This document shows, one piece after another, positions 33,040 to 42,935 of a stretch of DNA of 64,000 bases (the stretch's first letter is position 1; each line of letters opens with the position of its first letter). The position numbers were made by a program, and so were the translations under genes. This DNA comes from Podarcis liolepis (taxonomy: Eukaryota). The stretch is from assembly GCA_965112155.1 (NCBI GenBank), contig OZ218098.1. One strand, 5' to 3'. The notes beneath the pieces are model-generated. The model ran no database searches. It worked only from the letters and a program-made list of their open reading frames with translations, and had not been told where the DNA came from.

Positions 33040-36000
33040 ATATCCTTCCTATATCATCAGTATCTTGCTTCAGCTGTGAGTGGCTGTTAGTGGTAGGCAA
33101 ATCTGTTCATTGCAGCTTCTCCCAGTTTCTAACTATTTTTTTCAGTTTCCATTGGGTTGTTTTTTTTATCCTCAGGAAAATTCACCAGCCTTCCAATGCA
33201 TATTACTTCTAACTATAATGCACTTTTTTTGTTTCCCCCCACTAATACTGGCACCATCCTTACTGAGATTCAGACATCCAGTCAAAAGTATTTTATTTCA
33301 GGAGAGAAAGCAGCATCAGAGGCATTGCAGCAGGGGAAAACGGGTTATGCACTCATCACCCCACTCCAAAATACATCCTCCAAAAACAGTTTCTAACCAA
33401 ATGACCCCAATGAGATTTTTGTTTTTCATACACTTGACTGTAGCATTTCATATCACATTGAGCTAGCACATTTGAACAGCAAATAACGTATTTTGACATT
33501 CTGTAACCAGAATCTTACAGGTTTCCCTCATTACATGAAGAAGCAGGACAACTCTGCTACTTTATGTTCAGGATAAATTTATAGAACTTAATAAGAAGTA
33601 AGTAAAAGTTTATCTCATTCATCAAATGGCTCTGCCCTTGCAGGAATGGAGCAATAGAAACATTAACACATGAGGGTTTTTGTATGTAACTTTTATAGAG
33701 GTGACCAAAATAGATTATTTACTCCCACCCTGCTAAAATACCCAGGAAGGACCTAGTTATTGGCTGACGCGAGCAAAATAATAGCAGAAATACTTGTTAG
33801 ATTTCTCTTTTCTGCTGCAAAGGCCCATAAAGAGATTTTGTTAATTTAATTGTATCTTGGATTGTTTATGTCCTTAGTTTATATGTAAGTACCATATATT
33901 TCAACTTGGTACCATATATTAGCAACAGCAATGTAACAATAGGCTAGGCTAAAAAAACAGACTTTGCAGCTCATCTAGCTCTGCCTAGTCCTCCTTAGTA
34001 AAGGCACTGTCTCTCTTAAACATTCCCTGTCAAATTAGCCCATAAAAGCCTGACCTCACTATCTGAACTATTCAAGATTCAACATTATGTTAAGGGCTCT
34101 CATCATGCCCAAACATTTAGAGAGCTATCACACCTTTAAGAGCTGTGCAGAAGGAAAAATTATCTCAGGTGAAGCTTCCCTCACCTTGCAAGTAAAGACA
34201 CACCTAAACAAATTCTGCCTTCCTTTTAGGATTGGTTCTTTTAGAATCTGGATCTGGGAAGCTTAACTGCACTTCATGTGCCTATGGAACAAGAGAGATT
34301 TCCAGAAAAATAAATGCAAGTCAAACAAGTGACTGGTACAATGCAGGATCTCACCCTAGGTCAGATACTACTCCTGATGAATAACTCCTGACCTAGGGTG
34401 AGATCCTGCATTTTAATAGCTTTGATTGTTGAGAAAACTAACAGGGAGGATAGAACCTGCACTCAATAACTTGACTGCTCAGCTTCCTCCCCTTCCTCTT
34501 GCTGTGAAGTTGATTCCTGCACGCTACAATTAATAGACATGGAATCACTGCCATATACCGTAATGACAACAAGAAACAGCATTTGGCAGCAATAGCTCTG
34601 CATCAGGAGTTGGCAGCCCTTAAACATTGTTCAGCAATTGTTTAGCAAGGTAGAGTGTTACACAGCCCCAACTAATGTTAGCTAGGGGGACTGGGAACAG
34701 CAAGCAACTTTTTCCTTGACTCCGAATTACATCCAGGAAGCTTTAACCCCTGGCCATCTGAAAAAGGCTAAGCTGATGTTCTTCTTCTCTCGCTATCCCA
34801 CATCTTCTCTGCTGAAAACCTACTTCCTAGACGTCCAGGTAAAAGTATTCAGCTTTTTGTATGCCAAAGTTAATGTATAAATATGTGCAGATGTTAATTT
34901 ATTACAGACCAGGCTTTGTTCCAAGAAACTGAAAGAGGAAGAAAGGTATTGCAGGAAAGAAGTACTAGCTATCAAATGTGCATACCAGTGTGTACAAAAT
35001 AATTGTAACTGAGGGGTGGGTGAGGGGTTGTTTGTTTGTTGTTTTAGTATGTATTTGTGTTTTTATATTGTATTTTTATGTTGTGAAGCAGCCCGAGATC
35101 TACAAATGAAGGGCTGTATACAAATTTAATAATTACAAAATAAATAATAATTTTAGACTGTACCACTCCTGCCTGTCTGCCTAGTCTCCAGCCTCTCATT
35201 TGGATAAAATGTTTCATTCTGGAGTTTGCTTGTTTATTGGTGAGCTATATTAGGTTCAACTTTGATGGAGAAAGATGGAATGTAAATAATTAAAATAATA
35301 CATTGGATTGGATCAGTACATCCTCCGTAAGGTTGTGAGTGTCAGGTTGGAATCAGAGCATACCACAAGACAGTTCAGAATTTCCCTGACTTTTCTCATG
35401 AGTGAAGCGCAAGGCCTCTTTGGAGATCAGTGGTGGAGCGTTGGTGGTCCCTAGTGACAGTTTACAGAGCAGCAACATTATTATGCTTATTCACAATGGA
35501 TGGCGGGGGAGGGGAGGAATGGATGGCCCATTGGTGCTATAGACTGATAGAGGCATTGTTTTCCACAAGAAGTTGAAGGAGGAATTAAAACAGAGGTTTG
35601 ACCTGGTGTTTGATATAATGCATATATTCCTGGTAAAAAATCTGGCAGTGCTTATCTTTGTGGGCAAGACCTACTAATATGTTTGCTTGAAAGTATGTAT
35701 TGAAGGGACGCGGGTGGCGCTGCGGGTTAAACCACAGAGCCTAGGACTTGCTGATCAGAAGCTCGGCTGTTTGAATCCCCACGATGGGGTGAGCTCCTGT
35801 TGCTCGGTCCCTGCTCCTGCCAACCTAGCAGTTCGAAACCATATCAAAAGTGCAAGTAGATAAATAGGTACCACTCCCGTGGGAAGGTAAACAGCATTTC
35901 TGTGCACTGCTCTGATTTGCCAGAAGCGGCTTAGTCCTGCTGGCCAGATGACCCGGAAGCTGTACACCAGCTCCCTTGGCCAATAAGGTGAGATGAGCAC

Positions 36001-37386
36001 AGCAACCCCAGAGTCGGCCACGACTGGACCTAATGGTCAGGGGTCCGTTTACCTTTACCTATGTATTGATTAGCAAAGGACATGTTTTTCCCTGCAATTA
36101 TTCTTTTAGTTCCAGGGTGGTTAACATGGGCCTCTCCAGGTATTGTTGAACTCCAACCTCAGCCAGCATGTCAGGGATGGTGGGAGATGTAGCGTAGAAA
36201 AATCTAGAGGATCACATCAGCCACACAATCTGTCTGGGAGCTTCTTCCCATTGCCCCTTTCTTTGAAAGTGACTTCTGCTCCAAAATAAAGGGGCAAGGC
36301 GGAACCTGCTAATTAAGAAGACAAGCGTCTGCATTAGGAGAGTCATATGCCCATGACTCACTGTTTCTGCTCATGTGTTCATGCTCCTTCACCCATGGGT
36401 GTTTTCAATGTTATGCCTCCAAAATGTGTCTCAATATTTCCCATCCACACAGGTGGGAGGTGCTTGTTAGGATGTACATATCCAAGAATACCATGTTACA
36501 TGCTCTTTCCATAGTTCACCCGCTGCATCACCTCCCAGCTCATCAAGTGGTTTAGCAACTTCCGTGAATTTTATTACATCCAGATGGAAAAGTTTGCCAG
36601 GCAAGCCGTCTTGGAGGACGTCACAGATCCCAGTGACCTCACTGTTACCAGGGACTCTGAGCTCTTCCGGATCCTCAATGTGCACTACAACAAAGGGAAT
36701 GATTTTGAGGTGAGGTTACACTTGCTACATAGTTTTATTTTGCCTGTTGTGGCATTTTTCTGAGAAAATGCCCTTTTTACCAGAACTAAATAACTCCCTA
36801 AAACATAAGGACATAAACAGTGAAACAGAACACTTTAGGCTGTGCAGAAATGTAGTCTTTGAAGCACACTGGGGTTGTTGTTTTTCACAATATGCTTTTG
36901 TACATTGCAGGTGGCAATTGTACATGCCTTCGTACAATAATGTCATCTAAAGTGGCAGTGTGTACATCTGTCTGTACACACAGATCAACATGTTTTTTCC
37001 AAACTAGTGCACAACAATGTTATTTATTCCCCTCTCTTCAATTAGTGTTTTAATATAAGTAAGCAAGCAAGCAAACAAACAAACCTTTTTTGCAGGACAT
37101 TCAGGGCATTCACTTTGATGAAGATCAGTCCACCCTAAGCAGATGTCAAATTGACCAGTGGCTGCTTCATAGTCCTAACTTTCTTCTTCTCTGTCTGTAG
37201 GTTCCTGATGGTTTCCTGGGTGTTGCAAGTCTAACCCTTCAGGAGTTCTTTAGTGCTGTCCGGGCAGGGAAGGACTCGGACCCGTCCTGGAAAAAGCCGA
37301 TTTACAAAATAATTTCCAAACTAGATAGTGGAATACCAGATGCATTTAAATCCTCCACTTGCCCCAAAGAGCTGAACCAAGGTTAA
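31606..37386 (+). CDS. PROX2: Prospero homeobox protein 2, complete CDS, 640 aa. Exons 31606-33039, 34731-34838, 36515-36709, 37201-37386
   Basis: PROX motifs [17 protein letters not shown] and KRKQRVPQQ; homeo-prospero domain [70 protein letters not shown]. Position between DLST and YLPM1 indicates PROX2 rather than PROX1. Confidence 0.95.
33040..34730 (+). other. U12-type (minor spliceosome) AT-AC intron of PROX2
   Basis: 5' site ATATCCTT at 33040; branch site TTCCTTGAC at 34712-34720; terminal AC at 34729-34730; phase-0 join ..STH|IQEAL.. restores the homeodomain. Confidence 0.92.
34731..34838 (+). CDS. PROX2: PROX2 exon ([23 protein letters not shown]...FLDVQ)
   Basis: Homeodomain start; CAG|gtaaaa donor. 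Confidence 0.93.
35705..36060 (+). mobile_element. Sauria SINE, full length
   Basis: gggacgcgggtggcgctg head; acctttacct tail; TSD atgtattga (35695-35703, 36061-36069). Confidence 0.9.
36515..36709 (+). CDS. PROX2: PROX2 exon ([21 protein letters not shown]...NDFE)
   Basis: Recognition helix; canonical splice sites. Confidence 0.95.
37201..37386 (+). CDS. PROX2: PROX2 last coding exon (VPDGFL...ELNQG*)
   Basis: End of Prospero domain; TAA at 37384-37386. Confidence 0.95.
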   Translation, partial: VPDGFLGVASLTLQEFFSAVRAGKDSDPSWKKPIYKIISKLDSGIPDAFKSSTCPKELNQG

Positions 37387-39337
37387 TGCGCAGTTATTAT
37401 GGCAACTGATACATGTGACTATAAAACAAAGCTATCACTTGAGGAAGAGGCTGGCCAATGTCAACATCAAATCTCCACAACATACCAATGTAATGATTGA
37501 GACTGGACTTTGTAAAGAGCGCATAGTACCATCAATAGGCTGATTATTTTATGGAGTAAAGTATACGAAAGGCACTATTCTGGGGTGGGGAACCTCCCCC
37601 TTTCCATCTGCTGGTATTCCTAAATGGCCACTATGTCCATTGTCAGTTCTACATACTGTGTTACTCTCATTATGTCCGTGTTCGCTGGGGCTGATGGAAG
37701 CCGTAGTCCAAAACATCTGGACCATGCTAGGCTGATGAAGGGTGACCTACAATTTGATCCAGGGTTCACTAACCTGGAGCCCGCCAGGTTTTTATTTATC
37801 ATATTTATACACGACTGTTCTGCCAAGGGACCCAACTTCTGCTGGCTCCAGCCAGCATGGTCAGTAAGAAGGGATGCTGGAAGCTGTAGCCAAGCAATGT
37901 CTGGATGTCACAGGTTAGTTCACCTTGCCAACCCCCCTACACAAAAAGCTAAGCTTTCCACAAGCCCAACTGTATCCTCTTATGTTTGCTATTTGACTAA
38001 TCTCAATCCCCCATTTTGCAGAAGCTCCAAACCCAAAACTGTGTGCCTGTAAATAAACTTTCGTAAAAGCTTCTGTAAACCTTCACAAGAACTTCAGTTT
38101 TGCCTGTGAGCAGCCCACAGCCTTATGCGTGTTTACTCAGAGGTAAGTTCCATTGTATTCAATGGAGCTTTGCTCTTATTAAGTATCGATAGGACTGCAA
38201 CCCTTAAGTAACTTAGCACTGCTTTTCTTATATTCGAATGTAGCTTGTTATTAGTCCCGTCTGTGTATTTCTAATGTGCCCCTTGGTGTTGTCAGGCGGA
38301 ATAATTTTGAGCACTCTTCCTCAGATTCTCTGGAAGTTGCAGTAAACATACTTTAAGCCCATTAGAAGTATCCGGTTCGATCCCTTAGGTTTCGCTGACA
38401 TTATATACTGTAGTTTCAGTTTAGCATTCCTAAATTGTATGGATTTGGTGCCCAGTTTATCATAAAATAAACAGGATGAGCAGGATGTTATTATGAAGAA
38501 GCAAGAGGTTGTCTGAGATGTTGTGAAATTAGGGACAAATAAAAAGGAATAAAATGCACAAAATGCACTAACCTTGCACTCAGTTATTAAATCTGATGCT
38601 TAAGCATTCCACATTCCAGTGATAGGTCCTTCTATCATTAAAACAGTCGGCAAAGTTTAGCCAGTACGTTGTGGCCTGCCGGAGTTCTTCTTTCTCCCAT
38701 GTTCTAGCCAGACATGTGTTTATACATTCTTCTGGCTTCCGTCCAGAGAGGCTGAGGCAATCCAGTAAAATGGGTTGCATATAAATAATAAAATTATTAA
38801 TATAGACACTTTTAGCAATTTGTTTCCCTTAATCCCCAGTTATATGGATAACCTGGTCAAGTGGAAACAGACTGAGATGTGCTCAGTGAAGCTGTATTCA
38901 CTGTTTCCTTCAGTTGGTTAGCTATGTCTGAAAGAATTTACAAACATGTAAAGTAAAAAGGGTAGTTTTCTGCTACCTTTTGAGGGAAATATATACAGAA
39001 AGGCAAAAATGGCTACTCTCTTCCCTCTGCATAGACAACATATTGTTACTTCCTTCCCACTTCTCTGTGTAGAAGGCGATTGAGACATTAACCCAGGATT
39101 GGTTTCCTTTGGAAAAAGAGACCACTGGAGGCTTAGGGCATTTTGTTCATATTTGAGTTTATTTACAAATACACAAAGTAAGCACAGGTGGTCGTGGAGG
39201 GAAACAGCGCAACACCCGCCTTCCACTTTTAGCACAGCTTGTTTCCCTCGAACTTTCCTTCGGCTATGAGCGGCGAGCGCGGCGCTGCGGAGCCCACCGC
39301 GAACTCTGGGCAGGAGGCGGCGGGGAAGAGAGGCGGA

Positions 39338-39584
39338 GGGGCGGAGTTTGCTAGCTGCATGCAGATGAGGCACCGCCGCGGAGCATTGTGGGGGATCACG
39401 AACCGGGGGGCGAGGCGAGCACGGAGAGATCGGGGCTCCGTTAGACTGGGCCGGTAGATGATGCACGACTGCGGGCGAGCGTAGGGAAAACGAGGACAGA
39501 ACCCTGGTGCGGGGCTTGGTATGCTCGCTGTGCTTTAAAGAGGTGCGGGAGGAGGGCGGCCCGGGTCCTGTCGAAGCAGAAAGC
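39338..39584 (+). promoter_or_regulatory. U1 copy 1 promoter: GC box 39338-39346, octamer ATGCAGAT 39359-39366, SPH/ZNF143 motif about 39376-39393, PSE about 39525-39543
   Basis: Motif identity and spacing (DSE about -226, PSE -60 to -42) match vertebrate Pol II snRNA promoters. Confidence 0.85.
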
Positions 39585-39748
39585 ATACTTACCTGGCAGG
39601 GGAGACACCTTGATCNNNNNNNNNNNNNNNNNNNNNNNNNNNNNNNNNNNNNNNNNNNNNNNNNNNNNNNNNNNNNNNNNNNNNNNNNNNNNNNNNNNNN
39701 NNNNNNNNNNNNNNNNNNNNNNNNNNNNNNNNNNNNNNNNNNNNNNNN
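39585..39748 (+). ncRNA. RNU1: U1 snRNA gene copy 1 (nt 32 onward N-masked; end inferred from the canonical 164 nt)
   Basis: ATACTTACCTGGCAGGGGAGACACCTTGATC is the U1 5' end; intact PSE and DSE upstream; 3'-box-like AACAGA right after the Ns. Confidence 0.9.
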
Positions 39749-40110
39749 NNNNNNNNNNNNNNNNNAACAGAATTAATGCCATTACTAAGCTTCTGACTTC
39801 TGTTTTGCTCAACTTTTCGGTTGCTTGTTTGTGTGGAGAGCATTCAGAAAAACGGCGTTTAGTCAGCAGGAAAAACTTGTGTAATGAATGCGAGTTGCTA
39901 GGAATCACAAAAGGGAAAAGGGCTTCCCGCAAGAGAGACACCAGGTTGGCTGCTGTGAGAAGAACGTTGCCCCTAGTGGGTCTTGGGTCTCAACTGGAAG
40001 GGCTTTTTATCTTACATTGTAATAGTAACATGCCTGTTTTCCACAGGCCGCCATACGAAGTTGTCCGGCCTTCATATATATGAATGTATTTTATATATAT
40101 ATATATATAG

Positions 40111-40840
40111 TGCCTAGGGAACAACTTGCACCTTAATTATCAGCAAGGCAAAGGAGATGGTGGTGTACTTTCGGAGGAAGAGAGGAGAACTAGCCCCGCT
40201 GTACATGGGGAGGGCTGTGTGGAGAGAGTCTCTTCCTTTAAATTCCTAGGAGTTTATCTCAGTGAAGACCTTACTTGGAAAATAAATACACTCAGGTGGT
40301 TAAGAAAGCCCAACAGAGATTCCATCTCCTCAGAGTATTACAAAATAACGATGTCAATCAACATTTGATGATCATCTTCTACCGGTCAACAATAGAAAGT
40401 GTCCTTTCCTACTGCATCACAGTGTGGCACGCTGATTTGACACCAACTGATAGGAAGTGCCTACAGGGGGTGGTGAACACAGCACAAGATATTATGGGCT
40501 GTCCCGTGAATCCGCTGGATGAAATAGCGGAAGAACGTTGCCTCAGGAGAGTGAGGAAAATTCTCAGGGATGATTCACACCCTGGCCGGCACTTTCTTGA
40601 TCTCCTGGCCTCAGGCAGAAGATACAGAAGCATGATTAGTCGCACCAACAGGGTAAAGAACAGCTTCTATCCGTGGGCTGTTAGGCTGCTGAATGAAAAG
40701 ATAACAACAGGGCAACTGACTTTCGGGTTTGGTGAGTGTGCGTCAGTAAACGAGGGGAATTAAGGCTAAGAGAGCTGAGTGGGGGGTGCTCGTGTAATCT
40801 CACTGTATACAAGTTGTACAAGTGACAATAAAGTCTTTCA
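40111..40840 (+). mobile_element. 5'-truncated Rex1/Babar-clade LINE (RT C-terminal region, frameshifted) between U1 copies 1 and 2
   Basis: ERVSSFKFLGVYLSEDLTW / KKAQQRFHLLR..FYRSTIESVLSYCITVW..LASGRRYRS..RTNRVKNSFYPWAVRLLN; AATAAA near the 3' end. Confidence 0.85.
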
Positions 40841-41527
40841 AATATGTGCTTCTCCGGAGACAACGGCTTTCCAGCAGCGCTATCCTACGGCGTTCATGGA
40901 ACCAGCAAGAGTGCAGAGGAACTACTGTAGACGTTCAGTATTGTTCAGCTAAAAGAGGTTTATTTTCCATGTTGCTGTCACTTCCAGATTATTTATTCTT
41001 AGTGGGTTTTCACCGTTTCCCCACGACCCGGGGGTTTCTTTTTAATCCTGAGGCAACCGGTCATGTTCGTGTGGCTTGTCTTCTCTGCCACTCTTCTGCC
41101 TCTGTTTTGTCCAGTAGGTTCTCGTGAGAGTGGCTCTAATTGCTTTCTCTGTGATATTTTGTTAACTATAATAAGTTTTAGGTTTTTAAAATTTGTCCTG
41201 AGCAAACTCAGTAACTGAGGGGAGGGCATGGGAGGAGCAGAGAGGAAAAGAGGCCGGAAAAATGGGCTGGGAATGTGAGCAAATACTGAAATCTATTTCT
41301 CCCGCCCTGTCTCCCGGGCAGTGGAGCCAAAGCGTGCCTGGTCATCGCCCTTGCAAGCCGGGTGCTCGGCAGCGCGAGGACGACATGGCGAACTAATAAA
41401 CGCTGCCTTAATCGAACTTCTCTTCATCCTCCGCCGGCGCCCTAAAAACACAGTGGCGACCGCGGGGAGTCAGCAGCTCCACCCCCTCTTTGGCCGGAAC
41501 GCGGCTTGGCAGGGAAGAGCGCGAGGA

Positions 41528-41774
41528 GGGGCGGAGTTTGGGAGCTGCATGCAGATGAGGCACCGCCGCGGAGCATTGTGGGGGATCACAAACCGGGGCG
41601 CGAGGCGAGCACGGAGAGATCGGGGCTCCGTTAGACTGGTCCGGGAGATGATGCACGACTGCGGGCGAGCGTAGGGAAAGCGAGGACAGAACCCTCGTGC
41701 GGGGCTTGGTACGCTCGCTGTGCTTTAAAGAGGTGCGGGAGGAGGGCGGCCCGGGTCCTGTCGAAGCAGAAAGC
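41528..41774 (+). promoter_or_regulatory. U1 copy 2 promoter (GC box, octamer 41549-41556, SPH, PSE about 41715-41733)
   Basis: Near-identical to copy 1 promoter with the same spacing. Confidence 0.85.
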
Positions 41775-41938
41775 ATACTTACCTGGCAGGGGAGACACCT
41801 TGATCNNNNNNNNNNNNNNNNNNNNNNNNNNNNNNNNNNNNNNNNNNNNNNNNNNNNNNNNNNNNNNNNNNNNNNNNNNNNNNNNNNNNNNNNNNNNNNN
41901 NNNNNNNNNNNNNNNNNNNNNNNNNNNNNNNNNNNNNN
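41775..41938 (+). ncRNA. RNU1: U1 snRNA gene copy 2 (3' part N-masked; end inferred)
   Basis: Same 31-nt U1 5' end, then 149 Ns, then AAACAGG (3'-box-like). Confidence 0.9.
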
Positions 41939-42127
41939 NNNNNNNNNNNNNNNNAAACAGGAAAGGGAATGCTTACTGTTAGGTTAAAGCTGGGTTGTTT
42001 TCTGCTAGTTTTTATTTTAACGCAGGAAGTGTGTAAGTGGGAAAATATCACGACCGCAATGAACAAGATGCAAGAGCTGTCATGGGTTCTTCTCTGTAAA
42101 AAAATTTTTTTTAACATAATGTGAGTT

Positions 42128-42165
42128 AAAGGTAAAGGGACCCCTGACCATTAAGTCCAGTCGCA
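42128..42165 (-). mobile_element. Short Sauria SINE 3' fragment
   Basis: aaaggtaaagggacccctgaccattaagtccagtcg matches the SINE tail at 44210. Confidence 0.7.
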
Positions 42166-42524
42166 CCTAATAAAGGATTTTAGGTATACTAAAAAACAGA
42201 CTAGGGCTGAGCGATACCTGGTTTTCAGCGTCATAACATCAGTTAACATTCCGATATATCACAATGTCTGAAATTGGGGATCAGGCATGAGGATGTCTAT
42301 TGCAATTGGCTGCCTTGCTCTCTCCCATGAGGAGCGATAGAATGCTGTGTATTGCTAGGTTAGAATCGTCTTCCCGCAAAACCGATTTTGGCCAATATAT
42401 TAAGAAACAGCACAGCGCTAAAACAGATTTAAAAAAACTATTACCATGCTAGAGACAGTCCGCGGTTAAATAAAAGCACATGATAACCAGCATTTTCTTT
42501 TCTATTTTNNNNNNNNNNNNNNNN

Positions 42525-42688
42525 NNNNNNNNNNNNNNNNNNNNNNNNNNNNNNNNNNNNNNNNNNNNNNNNNNNNNNNNNNNNNNNNNNNNNNNNNNNN
42601 NNNNNNNNNNNNNNNNNNNNNNNNNNNNNNNNNNNNNNNNNNNNNNNNNNNNNNNNNGATCAAGGTGTCTCCCCTGCCAGGTAAGTAT
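42525..42688 (-). ncRNA. RNU1: U1 snRNA gene copy 3, inverted (3' part N-masked; end inferred)
   Basis: Reverse complement of the U1 5' end at 42658-42688; AAAATAGA after the Ns on the minus strand. Confidence 0.9.
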
Positions 42689-42935
42689 GCTTTCTGTTTC
42701 GACAGGACCCGGGCCGCCCTCCTCCCGCACCTCTTTAAAGCACAGCGAGCATACCAAGCCCCGCACGAGGGTTCTGTCCTCGCTTTCCCTACGCTCGCCC
42801 GCAGTCGTGCATCATCTCCCGGACCAGTCTAACGGAGTCCCGATCTCTCCGTGCTCGCCTCGCGCCCCGGTTCGTGATCCCCCACAATGCTCCGCGGCCG
42901 TGCCTCATCTGCATGCAGCTCCCAAACTCCGCCCC
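42689..42935 (-). promoter_or_regulatory. U1 copy 3 promoter (PSE about 42730-42748, SPH about 42880-42897, octamer 42907-42914, GC box 42927-42935)
   Basis: Reverse complement of the promoters of copies 1 and 2. Confidence 0.85.

Noticed and set aside
33076-33090. PROX2 as a single-exon 494-aa protein ending at 33090
   Set aside because: It would lack the homeo-prospero domain; the U12 intron joins the downstream exons in frame.
34365-34387. Hammerhead ribozyme (CTGATGA in the hairpin loop)
   Set aside because: There is no stem II or GAAA core in a compatible position.
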